NCBI RefSeq assembly: GCF_036321535.1
Contig: NC_087437.1
Span: 53,260,001-53,324,000 of the forward strand
DNA from: Camelus dromedarius
Taxonomy: Eukaryota
Direction: 5' to 3'
Length of the DNA stretch: 64,000 nucleotides
Shown: in pieces, positions 14,191-26,611 of the stretch
How positions within the stretch are numbered: the stretch's first letter is position 1
How the letters are laid out: each line of letters begins with the position of its first letter
Position numbers and translations under genes: made by a program
Notes under the pieces: model-generated
Database searches by the model: none
Seen by the model: the letters and a program-made list of their open reading frames with translations, nothing else
What the model was told of the DNA's origin: nothing

Positions 14191-14639
14191 TACCCACAGC
14201 CTCCAGCACCTGTTACATCTTGTTTCACTTGCTCATTTCTTTGGGCCCCTCCCTGGTCTGTGGGTTACTTGAGGAGAAGGCTTACATCTTCCTCCTCCGG
14301 GTGTCTCTGTGTTCAGCTCGGTGCCTAGGCCACAGCAGGGCTCCATGTGGGTTTGCTGGAGGGATTTAGCGTGTCTGATGCCCCCAGGGCAAGAGCTACT
14401 TCACGTGCTTCACAAGCATCTTCATGCCTCTTGTTTTTTCAGTTCATCCACAACATGTCCCTGGCCCTATTGTCTGTGCTGAGGATGGTCAATGCTGCTT
14501 CTAGCCCTGGTCCTGCCTCTCTGTTTGGGGCTGAGGGCTTCATCCTGTGGGGGCCAAGGAGGACAGTGGACACAGACAAGCATGCATGCCATTCCTAGTT
14601 CAATTTGTGCCTTTCAGACGCACTAGGTCTATATACACA

Positions 14640-15115
14640 CACTCAACAAATACACTTAGGACATCTAACCTTAAATCAGGCTCTGCTCTAAGTGCTGGGA
14701 ACACAGTGGTAAACAAGAACTAATCCCCACCATCATGGCATTTATTTCCTAGCAGGGGAGACAGGAAACTAAAGCAACTGAGCATGTAATATGGTGCTAA
14801 GTGGTGGTAAGTCTATGAGGAAGAAGGAAGCAGCAAAAGGGTTGGGGAGCTGGGATGGTCAGGTGAGCTTCTCTGAGAACACATCAGCGCAGAGACCTGA
14901 TGGAGTGAGGGAGACAGGCTGAAATCTGCGGGAGGAAGGTTCCAGGCAGAAGGTGCCCCAAGAACCAGGCTCTGTGGTGGGCTCATGCATGGAGTGATGG
15001 AGACACAGCCAGGAGCCACTGTGGCCACAGCAGAGTGAGGGAGGTGAGATTGGTGGCAGATCATATGGGTCCTCATGGACCTGTGATGAGGATTTGGGGT
15101 TTGTCTCAGCCAGTT
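14640..15115 (-). mobile_element. L2 LINE 3' fragment
   Basis: caacaaata...ctaagtgctgggaacacagtggtaaacaag...gttccaggcagaagg. Confidence 0.7.
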
Positions 15116-15129
15116 AGGGCCACTTGAAC

Positions 15130-15414
15130 AAAATAACAGAAATGTCTTGCTCACAGTTCTGGAGTCTGGAAGTTCGAGATCAGTTGTCAGCGTGGTCAGG
15201 TGAGGGTCCTTTCCTGGGTTGCAGATGTCTCATTGTCTCCTGGTGGGGCAGAAGGGGCAAGGGAGCTCTGTGGGGTCTCTTTTATAAGCACACTAATCCC
15301 ACCATGAGGCTCCATCAAAGCATCCTCCAAAGGCCCTTCCCCGATACCATCACATTGCGCATTAGGATTTCAACATCTGAGTCCTGGGGGGACACAAACA
15401 TTCAGACCACAGCA
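15130..15414 (-). mobile_element. MLT1A-like MaLR LTR
   Basis: ctcacagttctggagtctggaagttcgagatc...ggggggacacaaacattcagaccacagca. Confidence 0.8.
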
Positions 15415-16361
15415 GGGGTTCATTCCAAGTGTGTTGGAAACTCCTGAAGGGGCTGGCACGATCTGACCCATGTTTTAAAATGTGGAAATATGGGTTTCTA
15501 TGTGTGATGTCCCTTCAGTTACCCAGATCAAAAATGATGTTTTGGGGTTTACAAGTAGTCCTTTCTGTTACCACTGCCATTTCTCAACAACTTCTGCCCT
15601 TCACAGCACACATTGCATCTCCATGGGCTACAACTAGAACTTACAGTCTATCAAGGGACACAACGAAATAAACAATTGCGGTGCTGCTGACGTGAGCGGC
15701 GGTAGGGGCAGTGTAGGGGCTGAGGGAGCACAGAAAAGGGGCAACTCAGTCATACAGAGGCTTTCTCAGATAGAAAGTCAGGTGGCTTCTGGAGGAGGTA
15801 GCACATACACCTGAGACCTGAAAGACAAGCCGGAGGTGGCCAGGAAGCAGAGGGGGAGGGAAACTGGACACACGAACAGAGATGCTACTGTAGCGATGGT
15901 CTTGCCTGCACCCTGACTCCCGCACCCGCTTCTCCTTCAGTTCTGACCTTGCCCACGCAGTGCTGGCCAGGCTGGACAAATGCTCTTCTGCTGCTGACCA
16001 TTGCTGGAGGAATTTGCCAGCGGGGGTTCCAACACAAATTCACACTCTGATCCCAGCTGGACCCTTGGCCACTCAGCACTTCTTTTCTTGATAATTAACT
16101 GCTTGCCACCTTCCCAACAGCATGTCCTCCAGGCATTCTTTTTCTGCCTCCCTCTCTTGCTGAGGGTGATCTGACTCATGCTGTAACGGGAGCTCCCACC
16201 TCCTCTCTTCTGACCTTCACCTCCTAGAGTGCTGGCATCCTCAACCCTCATCCCCTTCAAATGGTCTCAGAAAAAGATGTGATCATTTTTCTTGATTTGA
16301 TCTAAATACAGATTAAGGGGTAACTACATAGTCCAGGTAAATAAAAGAAAGTTCTTTTATA

Positions 16362-16647
16362 AATAGAAACAGACTCACGGACACAGAAAACAAAAGTATG
16401 TTTACCAAAAGGGAAAAGGGTAGGGGGAGGGATAAATTAGAAGTCTGGGATTAACAGATACACATTGCTATATATAAAATAGTACACAGTCCTACTGTAT
16501 AGGACAGGGAACTATGTTCAATATCTTGTAATAACTTATAATGGAAAAGAATCTGAAAAAAGAATATATAGGTATAACTGAATTACTACGCTGTATACCA
16601 GAAACTAACACAACATGGTAAATCAATTATACTTCCATTAAAAAGAA
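16362..16647 (+). mobile_element. 5'-truncated artiodactyl L1 3' UTR with target-site duplication
   Basis: agaaacagactcacggacacagaaaacaaa...acacaacatggtaaatcaattatacttcc plus an A tail; flanked by AAAAGAAAGTTCTTTTATA at 16343-16361 and 16648-16666. Confidence 0.85.
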
Positions 16648-16899
16648 AAAAGAAAGTTCTTTTATATAGAAGAATTCCCACTTTAAAAATGTGAACAGAA
16701 TGCTGAGTTAGAAGATCATACTTTTGCAATCCTCTTTGTTTCAGGTGAAAATCACCAGTGGATGAAAGACTCAGATGGCTTGTTAACGGAGAACTTTACC
16801 TGGAGACGTGTGGCTGCCACCACCTGAGGCCACTGTTTCATCTTGGCGAGATCACTAAGGATGAGACAACCAATGTACAGGCCTCCTGAGGAGACAAAA

Positions 16900-17075
16900 C
16901 AGTGGTGGCTGGCACCTCACCTGCACATCAGAACCACCTGGGAGCTTTAACAAACGCTGATGCCTGGGACCCATCCACACCAATTATGATTTAAAAGGTC
17001 TAGGGTGCAGCCTAGGAATAGAGACTGTTAAAAAAGTGCTCCAACAGATTGTAACGAGTAGCCAAGGTTGCACTG
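16900..17075. mobile_element. MER5-like hAT MITE
   Basis: ctgcacatcagaaccacctgggagcttt...tgcctgggaccc...ggtctagggtgcagcctagg. Confidence 0.65.
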
Positions 17076-17079
17076 GACA

Positions 17080-17680
17080 ACAGCACATGAAACACAGAGC
17101 ACAGCCATGAGCGGTGTGTTCCCCACAGAAGCTGATCCTAAGAAAGCCTTTCAAATTAACCTCTAGTCAAAGGAATTTCAGGGGATAAGGGACAAGTTAA
17201 GTGACACCGTGAGTAACCCAACAAGACAAATGCCAATGTGACTCATTCCATTGAGCAAAAGGGGGAGGAGGAACTGTTTCAGATTAAGAGACATTAAAGA
17301 CATATGAACCAAATGCAGCACAGGGATGCACTGGATTGGACTAGACAAATCAGTTTTTACACAACTGGGGAAACTTGATTATGAACTGGATATTAGACGC
17401 TACCAAAGAGCGAATGACTATTTGCTAAGTGTGTAATTACATTGTGAAGATGCAAGCAATGTTTAAAATACCAGGGTTTTTTTTTTTTAGATATAAAAGG
17501 GTGAAACGATAGGAGGTCTGGGATTTGTTTTAAAATATTTCAGCAACAACAAAAAAGAACAGATGAAGCCAGTGTGACAAAAATGTTAGGGGTGATTAAA
17601 TCTAGGGGAGAGTATTTAAATGTTCATTATGGTAGTCTCTCTCCTTTTGTATCTGTTTTAAAATTTTTAAATATAGCTTT
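17080..17680 (+). mobile_element. Old L1M (L1MC/ME-like) 3' UTR
   Basis: cagattaagagacattaaagac...aaccaaatgc, acaactggggaaacttga...tggatattag, tgttcattat. Confidence 0.6.
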
Positions 17681-19659
17681 AAAAAGGTGATCCCCTTTGT
17701 TTTTCCAGTATCAGATATCACTATTATTTGTGTTGTTACATCTGCTTCCTCATTCCGTCCTCATTAATCAGCCGCAGGAGCAAACTTAGCCCCAGTGGCG
17801 TGAGACCAGGGACTGTGTCTTGTGCTGTAATTCCAGCCACAGTCCAGTGGCGTAGATGGCAGAATCCTTGCTATACAGATGAAAAACTGAAGTTCCGAGA
17901 GATTCAGTCACTTGCTCAGGGCCACACAGCTGGGAAAGGAAATCAGGATTAGAAGCCAGATATAAAAGCCCCAAAGCTCTCCCGTTGTCTTCCCTCTCCC
18001 TCTCTCTCATCTTCTCTCCATCTCCCCCCTTCATCCTGAAATGATGCTCCCCATGGCTCTGTCATCAATTTCTCCTTCTCCTCCCTTCTCCACACTGCGG
18101 AGAAGAGTCATCTACCCCTACCTGCCTTTATCCTCACCACCATTCCTTCCTTAGTTCCTTGTGCTCTGAATTCTACTTCCCCAAGGCCACAAAAGTCCTC
18201 ATGAACGAAACCTGCAAAATGTTCTCTGCCTCATTTAATCTGCAGCATGCGGCCGACTTGCCTGCTCCTTCCTCCCTGGAGCCCTCGCTCCCGTTGTCCT
18301 GGTAAGGACAAGACAGATCCTCGTGGTAACTGCCCTCACTCCTCCGGCTCCTCGTCCTCCTTCTACAAACTTAATGTCAAACTTCCCAAGCATGCTAAGC
18401 AGTATGATCTTCATTATCCACCAGTTTCCCAAACCAGCTTTCTAGGACCAGCATCACAGTCACCTGGGGTATGTGTTAAAATTGTAGGTCCCAGGACCCA
18501 CCCAGACCTGCTGAATCAGACTCTCGAAGTCTAGTCTATTCATTATAGTAACTTCTCCAGGAGATTCTTATGTCCCTAGAGTAACAGTGCTTTTCCAGTG
18601 GCCCATCCTTTCCAAGGCTTCCACCTGCCTTCTGCTGGCTGATGATTTTGAATCCTGCAGATTTATTACAGCTTTCAGGCTCCTCGCCTACCTGTCACCG
18701 TGTCTTGAAACCCCAGTCTCATCTTCTACTTCACCTTCTTCCTCTTTTCCCACAGGTGGTCAACTGCTTCATTCTATCAGTTTTGTTTCTGAGCCGTTCC
18801 CTGCATCCATCCTTCACCCTTGCCCCCTGACCCCCACAGCGCTGCCCTTACTGGAACTTGGCCTTGCTCACCTGGCCTGGTACACTCAGTTTCTGAAGGA
18901 TTCCTTTGCCTCCAGGCTCTCCCATCTTCCAAATCATCCTCCACACTTTTCAAGAGTGCTAAAAACGAAGTGCTGATCTAATTATGTGGATTTCCCAACC
19001 CTGCAACATGCAGTCGTTCCCTATTACCTATACAATAAATTCCTCATTCCTCCAGGATCTAACCTCCACTTACCTTTCCAGTCTTATATTTTATTTAGGT
19101 CTTTAAGTAATCAAAACAAAACCCCCTCCCCTCTACATACCTGTCCTTTGCTCATGAGATCTCTTCTGCCAAGGATACTTCCCTCCTCCCATCTTTCTTC
19201 TTTAAGAATTATTTTATTTATTTAAAAAATATGTATTTGTACAAACAAATCATCCCCAAAATAAGCCCATAATGTTGATGGGATTTGCCTGTTTTGTCTT
19301 TTTGTCTTTTTTTGATGCTTTTATGAATTTTCTGCAGTGATTATATATCATCTTAGTGTATCTAAATGTGTAAAATACTTTATAATCTACCTGGCAAAAG
19401 AAAAAATACTGAGTATGTTTGATAATTTATTTTTTAAGCTTAAAATTATGGTTGACTTCCCAGCTACAACTGTAGTTACCTACATATTTGTTTAGCTAAG
19501 AGGTCAGAGAAATGTCCATTAGTACCATACTGTCATTAGAAAAATTGCTACCAATTTAGTAGTAAGCAATATAAACCAGAAAGTAATGTGGAAAGTATGA
19601 TATTAAAATGTTAAAATCCTAAGTGTCCTTCCTCCCATGTTGGGTGTTGAAATCCTCTC

Positions 19660-20200
19660 CGGTGGCTGCTGGACTCCAAAGAGCCTCCCCAGTGAATCAT
19701 GTTTCCTGGTCATCATGCCCTTGTGAATCCCCTCCCATTTGGATCTGACCTGCTCAAGAGAATGCAGTAGAGGTGACATTGCCTAAGTCCCAAGGTTAGG
19801 ACATAAGAAGCCTGGCGGCTTCCCTCTTAGTCTTGTGGAATGATGCTCTGAGAAAAGTCAGCTGCCACGTAAGAGGTTTGACTACCCTGAGTTTGCCACG
19901 CTCTGAGGAAGCCCAGCTAGCCAAGCTGGAGAAACCTTGCACAGCCCAGACTGCTCCAACCATCCAGACGAGGTGCCAGATGTGTGAGTGTTGACGCCAT
20001 CTTGGATGCCTAGCCCAGAGGAGCCTGTGGATGACCCCAGCACCAGCCGCAACTTGACTGCAACCCCATGGGAGACCCCAAGTGAGCACCACCCAGAGAG
20101 CCCAATTAACTCACCGAACAATGAGAGAGTAGAGTAAATTGTTTTTTGAAGCCACTACGTTTTGGCATGATTTGTTACACAATGATAGATTTCTGAAACA
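19660..20200 (+). mobile_element. MLT1F/G-like MaLR LTR
   Basis: gcccttgtgaatcccctccc...cagctgccacgtaagagg...aagccactacgttttgg...ttgttacac...gaaaca. Confidence 0.75.
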
Positions 20201-21199
20201 TCCTCATTCTAAGTGCAGCTCAAACACTCCTCCTCAGGGGAGAGAGCACTGAGCCCTTGGACTGAATGCACTGTCCCCTCGCCTGTGCTCCCACAGCTCT
20301 GTGCCTGTCAGAGGCTCATCACAGTCTGACGCACAGCTTGGTTGGGAAGGGCGAGGAGTTTGCCTCATCATCTACAAGACTCTGCCAATCACTGTTCACG
20401 GCAGAGCAGATGCTCAGACAGCTTTGGCTGAGTTGAACTGATTTCCCCTCCCCTCTCCAGTCCCTCGAGGGAAATGGGCAGCCTCAAGAAGACACAGACA
20501 CAGAACATCAAGGAAACGCCGGAACACAGTGTTGACCAGTGAAGTAGAATGTGCCAAATCAGTCTTGGCAAAGCTTTCCAAACTTGAGGGGAAGGAAAAC
20601 TTTTGAGACAATTTTTAAAAACTGAAGAGAAGACAGATGGAAGAAGCACAGGTGACTCTGTTCCGAGCTCACTGACAACAGATGGACATTTGTGGACCAG
20701 AACCTCCTGTGCCAGGAGCACACTTCCCCAACCACCTGGAAGCTTCCTGCAGGTTCTGGGCTGGAGGAGTCTAGTTCACGAGGGATGTGAGGGAAACCTA
20801 GGGGCACCCAGCACAAGCCCAGCTGAGATGGACACTGCACACATTGTTCCCTGGACAACACACCACACAGGTCTTTTAAATTTTGTTGAGCCTCAGACTC
20901 AGAAAGCCATTGAAGCCCTCTTGTGGTCCAGGAATAAATCTTCTGCGTCACCCCCACCCCTTCAAAATACACTCTCAGGCCTCCCTCTGATAACCTTAAT
21001 TCCCTTCCCATTAAACAACCCACCCACTATGCTTAGCCATATTCTGCCAAACAATTTTGAGGATGTTTTGCAAATTGCGGCTGTCACAGTCTATGGATGA
21101 CAAAAGTTTCGACTCTGTTATAGGACAGGGTTCTAGTTAATCTGCCCATAGTCTCTGAGACATGTAGTGAGGCTCTGTCTAAGGATTCAGCCTATTACA

Positions 21200-21380
21200 C
21201 CTGTGATTCTCCATCTTGGCCGCACATGAGGATCCTGGAAACTTTGAAAAAAATACTTCCAGCTGGATTCCAACCCAAAACAATGAAATCAGAATCTGTC
21301 GGCACAGGGTCTAGGCACAAATATTTTATTTTAAGTTCCCCCAGTGATTCTAATGTGCACCAGCGCTGAGAACCATTGTT
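21200..21380. mobile_element. MER5A-like hAT MITE
   Basis: aaatcagaatctg...aagttcccccagtgattctaatgtgcac...tgagaaccattg. Confidence 0.7.
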
Positions 21381-24300
21381 CTAACAGAGCATAAACATCG
21401 ATAATATCTGGGGTTCCAGGCAAAACCCAGCCAGTTTCCTGCCCAATCCTGTTTCTCATTTTGGCTATAAATCATCTTCTTGTAAAATATGATGGCTCCT
21501 GACAGGACAAGAGGGACACCAGACAGGCATGAAGCTGTCACTGAGGAAGTCATAACTAAATTCAGACCAGCCTCATTTCATAAGTTCAATTCTGTGTCAT
21601 TGAGCATTGATTTACTGTCCAACTATGGGGTTTTTTGTTTGTTTGTGTTTTTTGTTTTTTGTTTTTTGTTTTTTTTTTTTTTTTGGTGACAACTCAAGAC
21701 TGTAGCACGAGAAAATATCATGCTATTGAATGGGAAAACAGAATATTCTCCCCTCTATAATGACAATTGCATAAAAAAAATATATTTTAATGGCCTGAAA
21801 ATGAAAGGACAAAATGATCATAATTAGGGTATGAAAGGATTTTTTCTTTTCTTTCAAAACTTCATTTGCATTGATCATCATACTTTTAAAACTAAAAAAA
21901 AGAAGCAAAGTCTAAATACGTGGATTTATTTATAGAGAGGTTGCCTTTAGCCACCGACCAGGATGAAGACAGGGGCCTGTGCACTACGACGAGTCTCCCT
22001 GACCCCAGACCTCGGCCTCGCGCCTGCACGTTGCACCAGGAGAGCGGCAAGGCCTCTTGCAGCCCCACATGCTGACTGCAGGCCCCCACAACACTGTTTC
22101 TACGAGGCTAGTTAAGCAAATGTTATCCAGTACGCTTCCCTTGGTGAGGAGTGGGGGCCAAGTGGGCCCTGAGCCGAGCTGTTTCACCTCCCCACCTCCC
22201 GAGCTCGCTAGCCCACCGTTCTGCCCTTGCCTCTGCCTACTCAGTGCCTGGTGCTTGCCAACTTCCCTCTGTGGTCCCCTTCGCCCACTCACAACTGCAG
22301 GCCTCCTTCCGGGCCGCCTCTACACGATGAGCAGTTTGCCAGTTAATATACATCAAGCTGCCACCTTCAAACAGCTTGGAGAGCCCCATCTGTTCTCAGG
22401 AGCTAGAGGGACCACCCACCACCCACCGCCAGCAGCTCACAGGCCAGCCCAGGAGGGTCCCTCTGAGTGTCGGGCAGAGGGGTCCCCTCTGAGCCCAGTA
22501 GGGATTGGCCCAGAAGAGCAAGAGGCAGGTGCATCCCATTACCCGGGGGACCAAGGGCCTTGCACTGCCTCTAATGAGGACCTCCTCATTGTTGGAGACT
22601 TTGTGGGTCAGGGTCCAACCCGAGCCACCCTCCGCTGGAGAGATCTGAGGGCAGAGGACCACGCAGCCCGGGATGCCAGCACAGGGTTCGAGGAAACTTC
22701 ATCCAGGGTGGATCTGGGATGCTTGTCCCTTAGAAAGCATCACATAATAATAGCTGCCATTCTTTGGTCCCTGCGTGCTGGCTCCTCCAAACGCCTTGTC
22801 CCATGGAATGTTCTCAAAAACCCAGAATATAGATACTGTTATTATAAACATGTCTTTAGATAAGGACAGTGAAGCTTAGGCAAGTTAATTTTCCCCAAAC
22901 ACACAGCTAAGTGGTAAGACAGTGTGAAGTAACAGTTCTAAATTCAAACTGCTTGGAGTTGAATTCTGGCTTTGTCACTTACGAAGTGTGTGACTTTGGG
23001 TGACTTGTTAATTTCTCTGAACATCAGCTGGCACTTCTGTTAAACAGGCAATAATCCCCATTTATCAGGATCAATGTGCAAGGATGAGGTACCATCAACC
23101 ATGAAAAGTGCTTAGCTTGGGTCTGGGCTCAACAAATACAAACTATCATTTTTAGCTTTGTGTCCTTCTGGCTTACAGTTGTCCTCCCTCCCTTAGCTCC
23201 CTGGGACATTTTTTCTGCCAGGTGGCCCCTCGGGCAGGAATCCTTCCTCTTGGAGGTCAGGCAGTTTCACCTTCCTGCTCCTTGGACTAACCGGACCCCC
23301 TTTGCCGTGGCCAACCTCACTCTCCTTCATGGGAAGGCTCCTGGGCCTGGCCTGGCCTCCATGTGGCTCCCTCCTCGTGCAGGGGCTCCTGCGTGGAACT
23401 CTGGACTTTTCCATTAGCCTTGTCCACCTCCCCATCATATCTTCCCACTGCCTTCACCCTTCCCTTCCACCTGCCACGCTCCTACGTGAGGGCTGAGGGG
23501 AGGGAAAGCTGGTCTGTGGGGTGAGGTGGTTGGAGAGAGAGACAGACAAAAAGACAGAGACACGGAAGTAAAGGCAAGAGGCGGAGAGAGAGCACTGCTG
23601 CCTGAGTTGCCTTCGGTCCTCCAGGTCCTGACTCTAGGATTTCCAGAATGCTGCAGTAATCGTATCATGCTCTTTTTCACTGGGGTTAGCTAAATTTGCT
23701 TTCTACTTATGGTGCCCACAAGAATTCTGTAAATATCTCAAGCCACCCGCCCCCAATTCTCTAAGGCTCTGCTTGTGTGCACCCCAAGAGTTAGCTGCCC
23801 CACCTCTCTTCCCACGGCATCTGCACACATCCTGCTCTCCACAGCCCATGTGTAGTCACCATCTCAGGGGCTGTTTGCCCATTTCTTTTCCCCATGCCTT
23901 TGGGCCAGGGACTGCATCTCTTTCCAGACCAGGGACCAGGTATCATTCATTCAGCAAGGTATCTTCAGAAGCCCAGAACAGTGCCTGGCATACAGTAAGT
24001 GCTTATTAATGTTGGATGAAGGACTGAATCAGTGAAAAAATGATTGGTCGGTGCAGCAAAAAACAAGTCGAAAAAAGCTCTCTAAAATAGCTCTGGAAAT
24101 TTCCATTCTAACTTAAGTTTTAGGCATGCCATTTGGCCCAAGAAACATTAGACTCACATGGATGCCACCCTGATGAGTGATTGCAGAGGCCCATTAAACA
24201 TGGCTTAGTAACTCCTGCTATCTGTTTGGAGAACTTTCCCATGCCCCTTCTCCTGGTAAGAGACCATCCCCCTGACAAAAGGCTGAGCATGTGACCCTGT

Positions 24301-25029
24301 CCTGGACAACAGGTGCCCTTGCCTGACCTGTAGCACCCATGTTCCCCCACAAAATGCAAAGGGTCTGCTTGCTGGGGGCAGATGGAGGCCAACATGCCGC
24401 TGAGCCAGACACGCAGAGAGAGGGACAGATGGGGAGCTAGACATAACCTGGGCGCCTCAAGCTGATTCTTTTGTCTCTTCCTGTTCTGGGAGCTGCCCCT
24501 GAGTCCCTACCACTTTTGAGAGCCGATAGATCCCGTTTCTTGCTTAAGCCCCTTTGAACTGGGTTTCTGGCACCAAGAACATCAAGAGCCGAGGGTAATT
24601 CAACACTAACCCTCCTGCGGGAATCTGGACCTGCTTACCAAGCCTGTTCCCCAAAAGACGGCTTAGCAATGCCGCCCTTTCCTTCCTCCCTGTCTGGGCA
24701 GGAGTCACTTGCGGGCTTTACCTTCCTTCTGGCCAAGTCTGCCGTCTGGGGCTGAGGTGACCCAAACAAAAAGGCCTCTGGGCTAGATTTAAACCTGCTC
24801 CTTATTAACCTCCTAGATGCAGAATTAAGTAGGAAAAGCCCGGTATAGAAAAGCATATATAACAAATAATGACTGATGTACTCAAGCAGGCAGGGGTAGA
24901 CATGGTTATAAAAGCAGAAAATGCACATACAAAAAGTAAGAATGGAAGTACTGTTTAAATGTGAACTGTTTAAGGGCAGGAATTTTGGACTTCTTTTTGG
25001 TCACTGCTCTGTCCCCAATACCTAGAGCA

Positions 25030-25534
25030 TGTGGGTCCACAGACATCTGGCAGATTCCTGCTCCAAGGCGCCTCGAGTATCCAGTGGCTGCCCTTTAAAG
25101 ATAACAAAGAACATTCCCTTCTTAACATCTATCTGCCTTAGGTGAACTAACTACTCTAGACAGTGATCAACCTCACAGTTGACTGGAAGCCTGGCCACCA
25201 GGACCGGTCACAAGCCCCTAACAGAGTCACAAATCCCTACCCTTTCATGACCCTCTCCCTTCCCTGTTACCTCAACATCAACCGGTCAGAGAATTGTGCA
25301 CAAGCTGATCGCACACCCTGTGACCCCTTTGTGCTTGATGTCACATCAGCACAAGCAGCAAAAGGTCACCCTCCCTTATTAAAGACCTCAGCACCTGACC
25401 CTCGGAGCACACAGACACCTCTCGCCTGTGACCCACAGTTGCCTATAACAGCGCCTCAATAAACGCCTTTCCTTTCTCACTCTGTGTCTAATAAATTCTT
25501 TTACCACCTGCGTGCTGGCCCGCTGAATCCCACA
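25030..25534 (+). mobile_element. Solo LTR, probably class II (ERVK-like), inserted in an L2 3' end
   Basis: TGTGGG...CCCACA terminal inverted repeat; 6-bp TSD agagca/agagaa; AATAAA at 25458 and 25490. Confidence 0.8.
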
Positions 25535-26611
25535 AGAGAACAGGGCCTCAGTAAGTGTTTATTAATTGAGTAAATAGAATAGGCTGAAAAGAACATCCCT
25601 GAAGAGAGAGATGAGAACATGGCATTGGTGGGCACCCGTCAGTGGGGAGGGTGGCGGGTGTCAGGGTAGAGGACGGGTGAGAAGGAGGCGGAACAGCATC
25701 CTTATTGTGTGCAGCTTTTGCACATGTACATTAGCTTAAAAAGTAAATGAAAAGGAGTAAGAACAGGAAAGCAGGAGATGTGGACCTAAAAACAGTAAAA
25801 ACAGGTTGGAAAAAACATGAAATCTGGTGGAATGTCTCTTAGGATATTATACTACATTAGTGCAAAGGAGAAACGCTTACCAGAGGATTAGCAGCCCCTG
25901 GTCCCCTTTACACGGCAGCCCTTTGGGGTAATCTGCACCTGATTGTAAACATGACATCCTGGAGGGTTTCCTTACATAAGCAACTAAGGCTCCCATAAAG
26001 GGCACAGCCAAGTGCTTTGAACCCTGAGGTAACAGGCCTTCATTTTGACAGCCAGCCCTTGGCGTCCTGTCAACCTCATGGGAAGTCATTTCTGCCTGTT
26101 TTCCACTGAGCTGGCTTCACTGACACCTTTGGAAACGGTGGGCACTCTTGGATATGGACAGGCTCTATGTGTTTAATTTGGGCCAATTCCTGTTACAACA
26201 AACATTCTTCTATTTCTGGCAAAATTCCCAAATGTCTGAATTTAGTGCTTCCTTCAAAAGGTGGGGAGCAGATGAAAGACAGAGAACCAATATTCTTTAT
26301 CTTTGACAGAGAATTTAGTAGTTAGTATTTTGATAGAGAATTATAATTTTACAAAAACTATCTCATTTAAATCTCATAACAGCTTTATGCAGGAGATGGG
26401 ATCATTGCATTTCATAGAAATTGGGGTTTAGATATGCAGGTAGCGAGCAAGTCTTCCCACCAGGCCTGTCTCTAAAACACCTGCTCTTTCCCCTCAACTC
26501 TGCTGCCTCCCTGCATTTGTATGATACCTGCAGTTTACAGAGCAACTCACATAAACTATCCCATTTAATCCTTACAACCCTGAAATCTAAGAATTGTTTT
26601 AAGCTTCCATT

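Noticed and set aside
22057..22863. 268-aa + strand ORF
   Set aside because: No recognisable domain, composition typical of GC-rich non-coding DNA, non-ATG start, and it runs into MIR sequence.
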